Assembly (NCBI GenBank): GCA_051294375.1
Contig: CM119263.1
Span: forward strand, 10,262,210-10,326,209
Reading direction: 5' to 3'
DNA: 64,000 bases
DNA from: Paraspadella gotoi
Lineage: Eukaryota; Animalia; Chaetognatha
A program made the translations under genes and the position numbers. Positions within the stretch are counted from its first letter, which is position 1. Each line of letters opens with the position of its first letter. Of the stretch, positions 1-15,362 are shown one piece after another. Below the pieces are notes generated by a model. That model was not told the origin of the DNA. It saw nothing but the letters and a program-made list of their open reading frames with translations, and did not search any database.

Positions 1-977
1 ACTAACTTCTTTAATCGACTGCTGGGTAATCGCTTAGTCTTTTTTCACCGTCGTCGTCACTTAGGATTTTCTTACCCTATTTCACAATTCGTTACCAATT
101 ATATGTGTCATTATTCACAAGTTTACAGTATAGCATATACAGCATACACAATAAGCAATCAGAAGATATTTGTTTAATTACTGTTTAAGTACGAAAATTG
201 CTAGTCTGCTAATTTTACTACTACATTAAACTAATTTAAAAAGATTACCAAATAATTTGTAACACATGGGATATTAATGTAGCCTTCGAAAACAGTAGGA
301 ACATCCCACAACCAAAAAAATACTTTTTATTTACTAGTACATTTTTATACATGTGTAAAATCATTCCCAAAAACGATCTTGAACATCCTTCTTCAAAATT
401 TCTTGTGCCGTGTCCATCGGAACTCCCCGCGATGCGGGCCTCTCTCTCAAGTCGTAAGATGCAGCTTCGAAGTCCGGCTGCCTCTTCATAAATCAATTTT
501 TTTTGTCAGTCAATCTGTGTGTCCGTCGTTTCTTTTTGTCTATCTCTAGGTATATTCCGGGTAACTGTTTCTACGTTCATGTATATGGATCCGTAATTTC
601 GTTTGTCTGTTTATCTATTTTTATCTCTCTTTTATCTGATATTTTCTGTGTCAGTACATCTTTGTCTAAATGTCCATTCTCTCCCATTCCAGCTTTTTCA
701 TCCCTCTTTTCGAATCGTCCGTCGACCGGCCTCGATCCCGGGCCCCCCCAGGGAATTCCAACACTCAAATCGGAACCTCCTTTCGATCAAGCGCTCTCTA
801 TCGGCGAGTCGTCAAGGGTAACGGTGTCTCTTCGCCGAGCGCCTCTCTCGGCCCCGGGTCGCGACGATGGATTATTAATGACCTCCGTTCGAGTGACATA
901 AAAGTTAATTACTACGATTACGGTCGAGCGAAGGTCGGTTGACGACGACGACCGACGACGAGCGACTGTGATGACCA

Positions 978-3269
978 GTATGTCATCCTTCAGAGAATCG
1001 CTTCCCCCGGGGGCGGTGCTGGGGCGGCCCGCGCGGGTGGCTCCGCGGGGCGGCCCGCGGGCGGCCCCGAGGGGCAGGCAAATCCTTACCGGTCCTAGGG
1101 GCGCCCCCTGTAGCCTCTTTTTTGGAGCCCCAAGGGGCCACCCAGGGGGAATTCCCCAGGGCTAGAAAAACTTTGCCCCCTGGGGCTACCCCCAGGGGGA
1201 TGGATTTTCCTGCCTTGAACGGCTCTCTCTCCCTCCTATCTTCTCTCTCCCTCTACTCTCTCTTTCTCTTCCTCTCTCTCTCTCTCTTTCTCTATCTATT
1301 TCTATTTTCATCTTCATTATAATTAAAATATAAAAATAAAATAATATTTTTCACTTCAATTAATCAACAAGAACCAATAGCGTACCAATACCACTTGCAT
1401 AATTTGGTCGCCTTGCATAATTAGTCATTATTGACATAATTTGGTCAACTGACATTATAATTTGTCAACTGATATAATTTAATCAACTTTTAAATTTGGC
1501 AAACTTTTATAATTTGGATAAACTTTCATATATTTGGTAATTTTTTTATATTTAGTTACTTGCTTAATTTGGTACCCTCATAATTGGCTTAACTTTATAA
1601 TTTGGTAAACTGTTAATAATTTGGTAACTTTCATAATTTGGTAACTTTTATATTTGGTAACTTTCTAATTTAATCAATTATGCCATAATTAAATCAACTC
1701 GCCATTAATTTGGTCAACTTGCATAATTTTGGTCAATTTCATAGATTTGTCATATTGGCATATTTAAATTGGTCAACTTGCATAATTTGGTCAACTTAGT
1801 ATTTGGAACAACTTGGATAATTGTGTCAATTAATTGAATTGTGGTCAACAATCAACTTAACAATTAGCTAATTAATAATTTATCCGATACAAATAAAAAA
1901 CGAATGAGAAATAGGAGTGCAAAAATTTTTTAATAATGTTCAAGTAAAAGTAACTTTTGTTTTTCCATTAAACTCATTTCATTTTCTACCCACACACAAA
2001 ATTTTATCTTAATACATTTATAGAATAAAGAGTTAGGATGGTTTTAATTTTTTATTCACTTATAAAAATAATTAATTAAAAAATATTTAATTGATTAATT
2101 AATTAATATCAGTCTTTAAGTCCATCCCATATTAGCATTAAACTCAATATATTCGTGATTATAGATGGATTGAATAAAATTTTGTTGGGGTAGAAAAGTA
2201 TGTGTTGAGCTAGATATAAAAGTTTGCTCACTCCTCCCCCAATCGTCAGCCTTCTACTTAACAATGTGAGTCAATCTTAAGCAATCTACAAACCTGACGA
2301 TTATTAATTACAAATCCTAATAAAATAAAATTATTTTACGATGAGAACTCGTTTATGTTGATGAATAGTATTTTATTGTTTTTTTTTAGGGTGCTCCATA
2401 ATTCACTAAGTAGGTCTGTCAGTCACGGCCATTAATTTGTTTGGTGATTTATTTAATTTCCCTTTTAAACATCAAATTATGAATATTTTTAAAAAATTAT
2501 GTCTCTCTATCGTCTATCAGTATTCCATCCAACAAAAAAAAGAGAAAAAATTTAAAAAAAGAAAGATAAATAAGGATAAAAAAAGAAGACAAAATGACTG
2601 ATTAGCTTTTTACCACTAAATTTTGTGGCTACTCTTCATTGTTTGCTAAACTATGTTTCTATAATCTTTTAACTGAATAAAATAATTGGTTAAAAATACA
2701 AATATATAATTTTAGATAAAATATGAAATAAATGAGTTAACAATAATTTGAAAAATATGTATATTAATTCAGTTAAAATAAAACAGTTTGAAAGAGAGAG
2801 AGAAAAAAAAGATCTATAGAGAGAGAAAACCAGAGAGAGAGAAAAAAAAGAAAGAGTGGAATGAGAAAAAGAGAGAGAGAAAAAGAGAGAGAGAAAAAGA
2901 GAGAGAGAAAAAGAAAAAGGGGAAGAGAAAGAGAGAGTAACAACAGGGAGAAATATTCTCAGATATAATAACATAGTCAGAAGTATATTTTCTCATCTAA
3001 ACTTTGCTCTCGCTTTAACTCGCCCTGGGGAGCAGTTTTTGCTCCCCAAGGGGTTACCCCCAGGCAACTTTTTTTTGCCCCAGGGGGCTAAGCATTAGGG
3101 GCGCCCTAATAGACCCAAAATGTTGGCCCAGGGGGAACCCCCTGGGGCGGCCCCTGAGGCAATCCAGAGGGCGCCCCCTCAAGACCATTTTGCTGTCCCC
3201 TGAATAGTCTGCCCCCTGGGCCGCCCCTAAGCCGCCCCGCGGGCGGAGGATTTGGAGATGACATATCTC
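978..3269. mobile_element. Non-autonomous Mutator/MULE-like DNA transposon with ~250-bp imperfect GC-rich TIRs and a 10-bp TSD
   Basis: GTGATGACCA flanks both ends directly (968-977, 3270-3279). Left end (a)gTATGTCATC..AATC..cccccgggggcgg..ggggcggccc matches the reverse complement of the right end GAGATATGTCATC..AATC..ccgcccgcggggcgg..ggggcggccc. Similarity continues through GC-rich arms 978-1220 and 3023-3269. No transposase ORF. A 9-10 bp TSD, long TIRs and a terminal G are established MULE hallmarks. Confidence 0.75.
1395..1860. repeat. AT-rich ~19-20 bp minisatellite (consensus ~TTGCATAATTTGGTCAAC)
   Basis: Roughly 20+ degenerate units. Reverse-complement copies at ~8400-8850 and ~13325-13790; a related array sits inside the HINE at ~9655-9960. 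Confidence 0.85.
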
Positions 3270-3565
3270 GTGATGACCAAGAAAACGATCTGACCGACTA
3301 TAGATAAAAAGATTTAAAGAAGAACGAAGTGACTTAATTTGTGATTTGTTAATCGATCACGTTGGTGTTAAAGAGAGGTGACGATTGATGACAACGCCGT
3401 CGACAATGACAACGCCTACGATGATGACAACGCCGACGATGATGACGTGAAAATTGGTTGTCAACAATTTATTCCGACCGTGACACTCCGCAAGGAGGGA
3501 AGTCAAAAGGTCAAGGTTTAGTCTTCACGAGTAAATTGTAGAAATACTAATCTTCATTTTTTATT

Positions 3566-3639
<74 letters not shown>

Positions 3640-4462
3640 TCTCTCTCTCTCTCTCGTCTTCCTTTTCTTCTCGTGGATTCTCATTTTTAAAAAAGTATTG
3701 TTTCTTAAAAAAGTTTTTTTTACTGCTTAATAAAATACAGAGGGATTTTCCGTTTTTTCCTTTCGTTTCATCCTTAATCTTTAGCAATTCCTCTCTCTCT
3801 CTGTCTCTCTCTCTCTCTCTCATCTTCTCTCTCTCTCTTCTTCTCTCTCTCTCTCTCTCTTCCTCTCTCTACCTTCTGCGTGAGATCTTCCTCTTGCTCC
3901 AAAACCAAACTCTCGAATCCAGTTTTTTTCCAGAGAAAAAATATTTCACCTTCTTTTTGTTTTTTTCTTCTTTTTTTTCGATTTTCGATTTTAACAAGTT
4001 TATTTCTTCTTCTTAATTTTGAACTTTATTGTTTCTTTTGTTTCCTTTCTTCGATTTTTTTTACCATACGAATACGAATTCTTTTTAAATAAACCTATGT
4101 GATGTAACGGTATTTTAGTTAAATCTTCAGGCTTCTGTATTTTCTCTAGTTCAAAATTTTTTGTCTATTTTTTTTTCTTCACTTCCGTCACGAAAACTTT
4201 CGCTTCTTCGCGACGAAGTCTTCTGAAAAACCAGCGACGATCGCGAAGAGACGCTGCGACGAAGCAAAGACACGGCGAAGGTCTCTGAATCAACCAGTGA
4301 AAAAAATCAACAGTTTCTCTGAACATAATGCGAAGGTCTTAAATCAACAGTAAATAATTCAATTGAAATTTTAAAACTTTCATTTACTGAAGTGATTTTA
4401 GAAGAAAAAAAATCTCATGAATTCAGCTTTCTTTCGTAAATAGGAAAGGAAAATACCCAAAC

Positions 4463-4902
4463 GCGTCCGATGAGAGCGAGAGATACTTTCTGAGGCTCGG
4501 GCCTTTCGAGTCTTGTTAAGGCTGGTCGTCGTCGTCTTCGTCGTCGTTTCTTTCTCGTCGTCCTCCTGGTCGTCGCTCCCCCATCGTCGCCGCGGCCGTC
4601 GTCGTTTCGCTCGTCGTCAGTTTCGTCGTCGATTTCGTCGTCGCCGTCGCCTTCGTAGTCTTTTCTTTGAAATCGTCGCGCATATCGTCGTTCTCCCAGG
4701 CATCATTTCGATTCTCCAACTTTTGGTTTTCTCTTGATTGTATCTTCGTCGTCGTCGTCGTCGTCGTCGTCGTCCTACACTGACCCTCCACTCAAATGTC
4801 GACCTTCTGGTTTCACGATGGTTGCGTGTTTTGCCTCGAATCGGAAGGACTAAAAATCGTCAAAGAGAGAGAGAGAAGAGAGAGAGGAGAGAGAGAGACA
4901 TG

Positions 4903-4935
<33 letters not shown>

Positions 4936-5156
4936 TGAATTCTTTATATAAGCGAAACAAGTGCGGAATAATCGAGGTTGTCGTTGTAGTTGTGACGACG
5001 ATGACAACGACGACGATGATGAAGTTACTTTGGTATTGTTGTCATCGTCATCGGCGTTGATAAAATTTCGGTCGTACATTCGATCGTACATTCGGCCCGC
5101 CCACGAGCCGCCTTTAGCTTCTTTGTTGTTTCAGGTGACGCAATTTCGCCGCGCGG

Positions 5157-5240
<84 letters not shown>

Positions 5241-5350
5241 TCAATCTTTCTTTCTTTCAATCTTTCTTTCTTTCTTTCTTTTTTCATTTTTGGAACTCCT
5301 GGGGTTGATCTCTCTTTCTCACTCTGGCAAATATTACAATCTTCAAAAGT

Positions 5351-5383
<33 letters not shown>
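4463..5383 (+). repeat. Block duplicated at ~5948-6900, with (GTC)n, (AG)n and (TTTC)n tracts
   Basis: cgcgtccgatgagagcgagagatac...cacactgaccctccactcaaatgtcgacc...gtgacgcaatttcgccgcgcggtc occurs in both copies; differences are mostly 1-nt indels. Confidence 0.9.
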
Positions 5384-5408
5384 NNNNNNNNNNNNNNNNN
5401 NNNNNNNN
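5384..5408. other. Assembly gap (25 N); same-length gaps at 12087-12111, 21006-21030, 30250-30274, 40975-40999 and 54686-54710
   Basis: N runs visible in the sequence. Confidence 0.99.
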
Positions 5409-5830
5409 TCGAAGAGAAGGAAACAAAAGAAACAATTTTAAAGTTCAACAATTAGCAAGAAGAACTAACTTGTTTAAAATCGAAAGCTCGAAAAAAGAAA
5501 GAAAAAACAAAAAGAAGCGTAATATTTTTTTCTCGGGAAAAAAAACTTGTTATCGAGAAGTTTGGTTTTGGAGCCCAAAGGGAAGATCTTCACGCAGAAC
5601 GGTAGAGGAGAGAGAGAGAGAAGAGGACGAGACGAGATGAGACGAGAGAGAGAGAGAGAGAGAGAGAGGATCGAGAGAGATGAGAGAGGATCGAGATGAG
5701 AGAGGAGAGAGAGAGGAAATTGCTAAAGATTTAAGGATGAAAACGAAAGGAAAAAAAACGGAAAAATCCCTCTGTATTTTATTAAGCAGTAAAAAAACTT
5801 TTTATAAAACAAATACTTTTTTAAAAATGA
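5409..5830 (-). repeat. Inverted copy of ~3680-4050
   Basis: e.g. ttgctaaagatttaaggatgaaaacgaaagg is the reverse complement of cctttcgtttcatccttaatctttagcaa. Confidence 0.85.
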
Positions 5831-5856
5831 AAATCACAAGCTGAGAATAAGAAAAG

Positions 5857-5900
<44 letters not shown>

Positions 5901-6413
5901 GAGAGGAGAGAGGAGAGATAGAGATGAGAGAAGAGAGAGGAGATTTCCGCGTCCGATGAGAGCGAGAGATACTTTCTTGAGGCTCGGGCCTTTCGAGTCT
6001 TGTTGAAGGCTGGTCTCGTCGTCTTCGTCGTCGTTCTTTCTCGTCGTCCTCCTGGGCGTCGCTCCCCCATCGTCGCGCGGCCGTTCGGTCGTTTCGCTCG
6101 TCGTCAGTTTCGTCGTCGATTTCGTCGTCGCCGTCAGCCTTCGTAGTGCTTTTCTTTGAAATTCGTCGCGCATTATCGTCGTTCTCCCAGGCATCAATTT
6201 CGATTCTCCAACTTTTGGTTTTTCTCTTTGATTGTATCTTCGTCGTGCGTCGTCGTCGTCGTCGTCGTCCTACACTGACCCTCCACTCAAATGTCGACCT
6301 TCTGGTTTCACGATGTTGCGTTTTTGCTCGAACGACAAAGGACTAAAATCGTCAAAGAGAGAGAGGAGAAGAGAGAGAGGAGAGAGAGAGACATGGAGAG
6401 AAGAGAGAGGAGA

Positions 6414-6444
<31 letters not shown>

Positions 6445-6686
6445 GATGAATTCTTTATATAGCCGAAAACAAGTGCGGAAATATCGAGTTGTCGTTGCTT
6501 TAGTTTGTGACGACGTGACAACGACGACGATGAGGGAAGTGACTTTTTGGTATTGTTGTTCTCGTCATCGGCGTTGATAAAATTTCGGCGTCGCTACATT
6601 CGATCGTAATTCGGCCGCCCACCGAGCGCTTTAGCTTTTTGTTGTTCAGGTGACGCAATTTCGCCGCGCGGTCTTTCTTTCTTCTG

Positions 6687-6731
<45 letters not shown>

Positions 6732-6860
6732 TTTTCTTTCTTTCTTTCATCTTTCTTTCTTTCAATCTTTCTTTCTTTTCTTTCTTTTTTCATTTTTGGA
6801 ATCCTGGGTTGATCTCTCTTTCTCACTCTGGCACAAATATTTACATCTTCAAAATTTATC

Positions 6861-6923
<63 letters not shown>

Positions 6924-6941
6924 TTCTCCTCTGTCTCTCTT

Positions 6942-6976
<35 letters not shown>

Positions 6977-6996
6977 TGTCTCTCTCTCTCTCTCTC

Positions 6997-8022
6997 ACTA
7001 ACTTCTTTAATCGACTGCTGGGTAATCGCTTAGGTCTTTTTTCACCGTCGTCGTCACTTAGGATTTTCTTACCCTATTTCACAATTCGTTACCATATATG
7101 TAGTCATTCTTCACAAGTTTACAGTATACAGTATACAGTATACGACATAAGCAATCAGAAGATATTTGTTTAATTACTGTTTAAAGTACGAAAATTGCTA
7201 GTCTGCTAATTTTACTACTACATTAAACTAAATTTAAAAAGGATTACCAAATATATTTGTAACACAATGGGATATTAATGTAGCCTTCTGAAAATAGTAG
7301 GAACATCCCCACAACCAAAAAATACTTTTTATTTTACTAGTACATTTTTATACATGTGTAAAAGTCATTCCCAAAACGATCTTGAACATCCTTCTTCAAA
7401 ATTTCTTGTGCCGTGTCCATCGGAACTCCCCGCGATGCGGGCCTCTCTCTCAAGTCGTAAGATGCAGCTGTCGAAGTCCGGCTGCCTCTTCATAAATCAA
7501 TTTTTTTGTCAGTCAATCTGTGTGTCCGTCCGTTTCTCTTTGTCTATCTCTAGGTATATTCCGGGCACTGTTTCTACGTTCATGTATATGGACCGTAATT
7601 TCGTTTGTCTGTTTATCTATTTTATCTCTTTTATCTGATTATTTCTGTGTCAGTACATCTGTCTGTCTAAATGTCCATCTCTCCCATTCCAGCCTTTTTC
7701 ATCCCTCTTTTTCGAATCGTCGTCGACCGGCCTCGATCCCGGGTCCCCCCAGGGAATTCCAACACTCAAATCGGAACCTCCTTTCGATCAAGCGCTCTCT
7801 ATCGCGAGTCCGTCAAGGGGTAAGCGGTGTCTTCTTCGCCCGAGCGCCTCTCTCGGCCCCGGGTCGCGACGATGGATTATTAATGACCTCCGTTCGAGTG
7901 ACAATAAAGTTAATTACGACGATTACGGTCGAGGCGAAGGGTCGGTTCGACGACGACGACGACGACGACGACGACTGTGATGACCAAGTATGTCATCCTT
8001 CAGAATCGCTTCCCCCGGGGGC
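6997..8022 (+). repeat. Second copy of 1-1012, including the left MULE junction (TSD 7977-7986)
   Basis: actaacttctttaatcgactgctgggtaatcg ... gtgatgaccaagtatgtcatccttcagaatcgcttcccccgggggc matches 1-1012. Confidence 0.9.
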
Positions 8023-8901
8023 AAGAGAGGAGATCAATCACATACTTTTCTACCACAACAAAATTTTATGTCACAATCCATCTATTGAATCACGAATATA
8101 TTTGAGTTTAAATGCTAATTCATGGGATGGACTTAAAGACTGATATTAATTAATTAATCAATTAAATATTTTTAATTAATTATTTTTATAAGTGAATTAA
8201 AAAATTAAAACCATCCTACTCTTTATTCTATAAAATTATTAAGATAAAATTTTGTGTGTGGGTAAAAATGAAAGTGAGTTTTAATGGAAAAACAAAGTTA
8301 CTTTTACTTTGAACATTATTAAAAAATTTTTTGCACTATTTCTCCCTTCGTTTTTTATTTGTATCGGATAAAATTATTAATTAGCTAATTGTTAAGTTGG
8401 ATTGTTGACCAAATTAATTAATTTGACCAATTATCCAAGTTGTCCAAATTATCTAAGTGTACCAAATTATGCAAGTGACCAATTTATATGCCAATTGACA
8501 AATCTATGAAATTGACCAAATTATGCGAAGTTGACCAATTATGCGAGTTGATTTAATTATGCAAATTGATTAAATTATGAAAGTTACCAAATATGAAAGT
8601 TACCAAATTATGAAAGTTACCAAATTATTAAAGTTTACCAAATTATAAAAGTTAGCCAATTATGAGGTTACCAAATTAAGCAAGTTAACTAAATTATAAA
8701 AAATTTACCAAATTATGAAAGTTTACCAAATTATAAAAGTTTACACAAATTTAAAAGTTGATTAATTATATCAGTTGACCAAATTATATGTCAGTTACCA
8801 AATTATGTCATGACTAAATTATGCAAGGCGACCAAATTATGCAAGTGGTATTGTACAGCTATTGGTTCATTGTTGATTAATTGAAGTGAAAAAATTCATT
8901 T

Positions 8902-10793
8902 TATTAGTCGGATCTGCTTATCACAGATCCCGACTCTATAACTCACTTTTCGGTCCGTCGTCCGCCTCAATATGGTCGGGACACACATTATCATCATGTT
9001 CAGAACATCGAATTATGATAAATTATGGCAAAAAATAGTCCGCCGTCACACCGTCGTCTGTCCGTCCGTCGTTCCGTCCGTCCCACCTTAGTCAAACCAA
9101 CTGTCCAATTACCCGGATTGGATGGATGGATTTTGGTATGAAATTTGTGTGTGGGTAGGAAACTGTGTGATTGAGATGGATATGAAGTTTCGAGGGAATC
9201 GTGCGAGTGGAAATTTGGTTTAAATGGAAAAAACAAAAAATATATTTTCACTATTTGAAAACCCAAATTGCTCATGAGTGGATAGTGAATTGATGAAATT
9301 TTGTATGATGGTAGGAACAAAGTGTTGTGAAAATTGAGGGGCCGGATATAAAGTTTCGATGGATCATGCGAGTGGAAATGAGTAAAATCGGACAAAACAA
9401 AAGTTACATATTTACTTGAAGTATTTTTAACTTAATTTACTCAAATTATTTTGTTTAATTAAAAAATTGGATAGATAAATCGAACCTTGAATTTTGTGTG
9501 TTGGTAGGAAAGTATGTGATAAAGCTGGATAAAATTTTTTTGATGGAAATCGTGGAGTGGAAAAGCAGTTCAAATTAAGAAAAACCAAAAGACACATTTA
9601 TTTGAATTTTTTAAAGTTTCTCTCTCTCTCTCTCTGATGATTGATTGATTGACCGAAATATGCTAATGACCCAAATTATGGCCAGTTGACGCAAAATCTG
9701 CAGTATAATCAAGTTTTGGCCAAAGTGACCAAATTCTGCTGTTGACCAATAGCTAGTTGAATAAAATTATGGCAGTTAACCAAATTATGCCGGTTGAACC
9801 AAATTATCTTAATTGATTCAAATTATGTCAGTTGACGCAATTATGTCAGTTGACGGCAAATTATGTCAGTAGACCAAATTATGTCAGTTAACGCAAGTTA
9901 TGTCAGTTGACCAAATTATGGCAAAGTTGATTAAATTATGGGGCAGAGTTGACCAAGATAGCTTATTCCATTAATTATCGATGACTGGCATTTTGTATTG
10001 AGTAGAAAAGTGTGTGATTGAACAGGAAACCAAGTTTCGATGGAATCTTCTTGAGTGGAAAATGAGTTAAATGGAAAACAAAAACCTGTTTCACTAAATT
10101 GATTATGCTTCTTTTTTCCTTTTATATAAATGTATATGCAGGATGTATTAAATAAGTCAAATAATTAATCAGTTATTAACAATTAGTAGTCAATTATTAA
10201 TTCAATAATTAATTAATCAGTCAATATCCGTCCATCTCCCACCTTAGCAAAAAGCTCCAATAACTCGTAGATTGGCTGGTTGGATTGAAATGAATTTGTG
10301 TGTGGGTAGGAAAGTGTGTGATAAGCTGGATATAAAGTTTCGACGGAATCGTGTGAGTGGAAATGAGTTTAAGTGGAAAAAACATAAGTCGCATTTTTAC
10401 TAAAATCTTTTTACTTATTTTAACCAATAAGTACTCTAATAATCATAATTGGATGGATAGATTTTGAGTCAAATTTTTGTGTGGGTAGAAAAATGTGTAT
10501 CGAATGCTTGATATAAAGTTTCGGTGGAAACGTACGAGTGGAAATGAGTTAAATGAAAAAATATGAGTCCCATTTACTTGAATCTTTACTTATTTTAACC
10601 TATAATAGATTGAAGATGAAATTTTGTGAGCGGTAGGAAAGTGTGTGAAAAAAGCTAGATATAAAGTTTTGACGGAATTGTGCCAGTGGAAATGAGTTAA
10701 ATAAAAAAAAAAAAAGTCACATTAACTTGAAGCACGAAAAATGAAACAAGTTAAAAAAATCCTAAAAGCATAAGGATCGATCGCAATTGGCAA

Positions 10794-10864
<71 letters not shown>

Positions 10865-11764
10865 CAGTAAAAGACATAAGGATGTCGTACGCAATTCAAA
10901 GAGAGAGAGAGAGAGAGAGAGAAGAGAAGAGAGAGAAGAGAAAGATAGAAAGAAGAGAGTCCGAGATAAAAATTAGCGAATAAAAAAGTTTTTATTTTAC
11001 TCACTGAAAAAATACTTAAAATACTTACAAAATACAAAAAATTGATAATTATTATTCCGATAACATGTTTAATCACATGCAATATATCTAGTAAGGCCTA
11101 ATTCAGTAAAGGCGGGCCAAAAATTGAACACTTTTTAATATAAAACTTCTAGTTCTAAATTTTTTTTTCTTTTACTACTAATCGATTTTCAATATAACTT
11201 TTGAATTAGTTCATTGGGTTGTTGCACTGAAGCTTTTAAATATTTATTAATATATAATAATATAGTAAGTATTGAACGGAATGTGCCAGGCGGAAATGAG
11301 TTTAGATGGAAAAGACATAAAGTCACATTTACTTGAATCTTAATATTACTAATAAATGTTTAATTAATTAATGTTAAATTAATTAATTAATGTGAAAAAT
11401 GATGGCAAAGTTAAAAAAATCTGAAAAGCATAAAGATCGTCGGGCAATGGCAGAAAGAGAGAGAGAGAAGAGAGAGAGAGAGTGAGAGACAGAGCAGAGA
11501 GAGTGAGTGAGAGAGCAGAGAGACGAAGGAGACATAAAATAAAAATAGAGGATATTTGTTTGTTTTGATAAAATGTAAAACAAAACATATTTTAATAACT
11601 TCCTAAACGTCCAATTTTAAGGACATCGATGATGATAAAGTTGAATATAAATTTAAAATTATTATTACATATTAAATAATTAATCTAATTAATTAATCGA
11701 CTTAATAATTAATTAATTAATTATCGTAGGGCCAGATCCGACATTGTTTGGACCAAACTTGTTT
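8902..11764 (+). mobile_element. Helentron-associated non-autonomous element (HINE/DINE-1-like, rolling-circle family)
   Basis: 5' subTIR GTCGGATCTG (8907-8916) with nearby inverted copy CAGATC(c)CGAC followed by TCTATAA; (GTCC)n microsatellite ~8950-9085; central tandem repeats; 3' subTIR CAGATCCGAC (11733-11742), stem-loop GTTTGG-A-CCAAAC (11746-11758) and CTTGTTTT end. Inserted in a T-run with no TSD; the empty site is at ~1325-1350 on the opposite strand. Confidence 0.8.
9140..10730 (+). repeat. Internal degenerate repeat of the HINE (core AAATTTTGTGTGTGGGTAGGAAAGTGTGTGA..ATAAAGTTTCGA..GTGGAAATGAGTT)
   Basis: Units start near 9140, 9295, 9490, 9990, 10292, 10470 and 10620, with a partial unit near 11275. 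Fragments also occur at ~1950-2230. Confidence 0.85.
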
Positions 11765-12086
11765 TTATATTTATTATAATGAAGATGAAAATAGAAAATA
11801 GATAGAGAAGAGAGAGAGAGAGAGAGGGAGAGAGAAAGAGAGAGTAGAGGGAGAGAGAGATTAGGAGGGAGCAGAGAGCCGTTCCAAGGGGCAGGAAAAT
11901 CCATCCCCCTGGGGATAGCCCCAGGGGAGGCAAGAGTTTTTCCTAGCCCCTGGGGGATTCCCCCTGGAGTGGGAACCCCTTGGGGCTCCAAAAAAGAGGC
12001 TACAGGGGCCGCCCCTAGGCGGTAAGGATTGCCTGCCCCTCGGGGCGCCCCGCGGAGCACCCGCGGGCCGCCCCCAGCACCGCCCA
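11765..12086 (-). repeat. Inverted copy of the MULE left GC-rich arm and adjacent CT tract (~1010-1335)
   Basis: ggcaggaaaatccatccccctgggg...cctagcccctggggg...ggctccaaaaaagaggctacagggg is the reverse complement of 1100-1220. Confidence 0.85.
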
Positions 12087-12111
12087 NNNNNNNNNNNNNN
12101 NNNNNNNNNNN

Positions 12112-14575
<2,464 letters not shown>

Positions 14576-15308
14576 ATTCTCACATTTTAAAATTATGTCA
14601 TTTCTTTTCTCTTAATTTTTCTTCTTTCTTTCTTCTTTCTTTCTTTATTTTGCTAACTACTATTTTGGTACATTTTTTCTTTATTTAATTTTTGTCTTTT
14701 TTATTTCCCTTGGCTAGTATTGAGTGTTGACTTTTTTTAGTGAAAATTGAGACTAGTCAGTTTTGGAAATGTTTTTTTTTATTTAACTTTTTTCCTACCT
14801 TTTATTAATCTTTTCATCAAAATCCATTCTTACTCCTTCGCCAATCAAAAATGTTCCATGCCCCGAATTTTCTTTTGACAACCCAGTTTTTTTTCTCAAG
14901 TTGATTTCGCGCCAAAAGAGACGAAAAAATCCGCGACCAAAATAAATCGTTGTTCATTTGTTTTGTCGCTATTGTTTTTGGAAAGCGGAAAGCCCACTCC
15001 TCAGATGTCGTCACTCGTCATCAAAAGAAATTCCTCCGATGACAATAAATAAAAATTTGGCCGCTAAATTTAAAAACTACATAATAAAAAAAGTGAATTA
15101 ATAACTGTAAAATAAAAACAAGGAAACAAAAAAGAGACTTTGAAAAAGTGACGAGTTGAAAATAAATCCAAACTTCAAACGCAGTAATAGAATCGAATGA
15201 CTTTTTTTTTCATCGCACGCTCTCATGTCCCTTTTTTTATCTCTCTTTTAGTGGAACATAATTTACCGGTCATTTACTGAATTAGAAAAAGCAAAAAGTA
15301 ATTTGATA

Positions 15309-15362
<54 letters not shown>

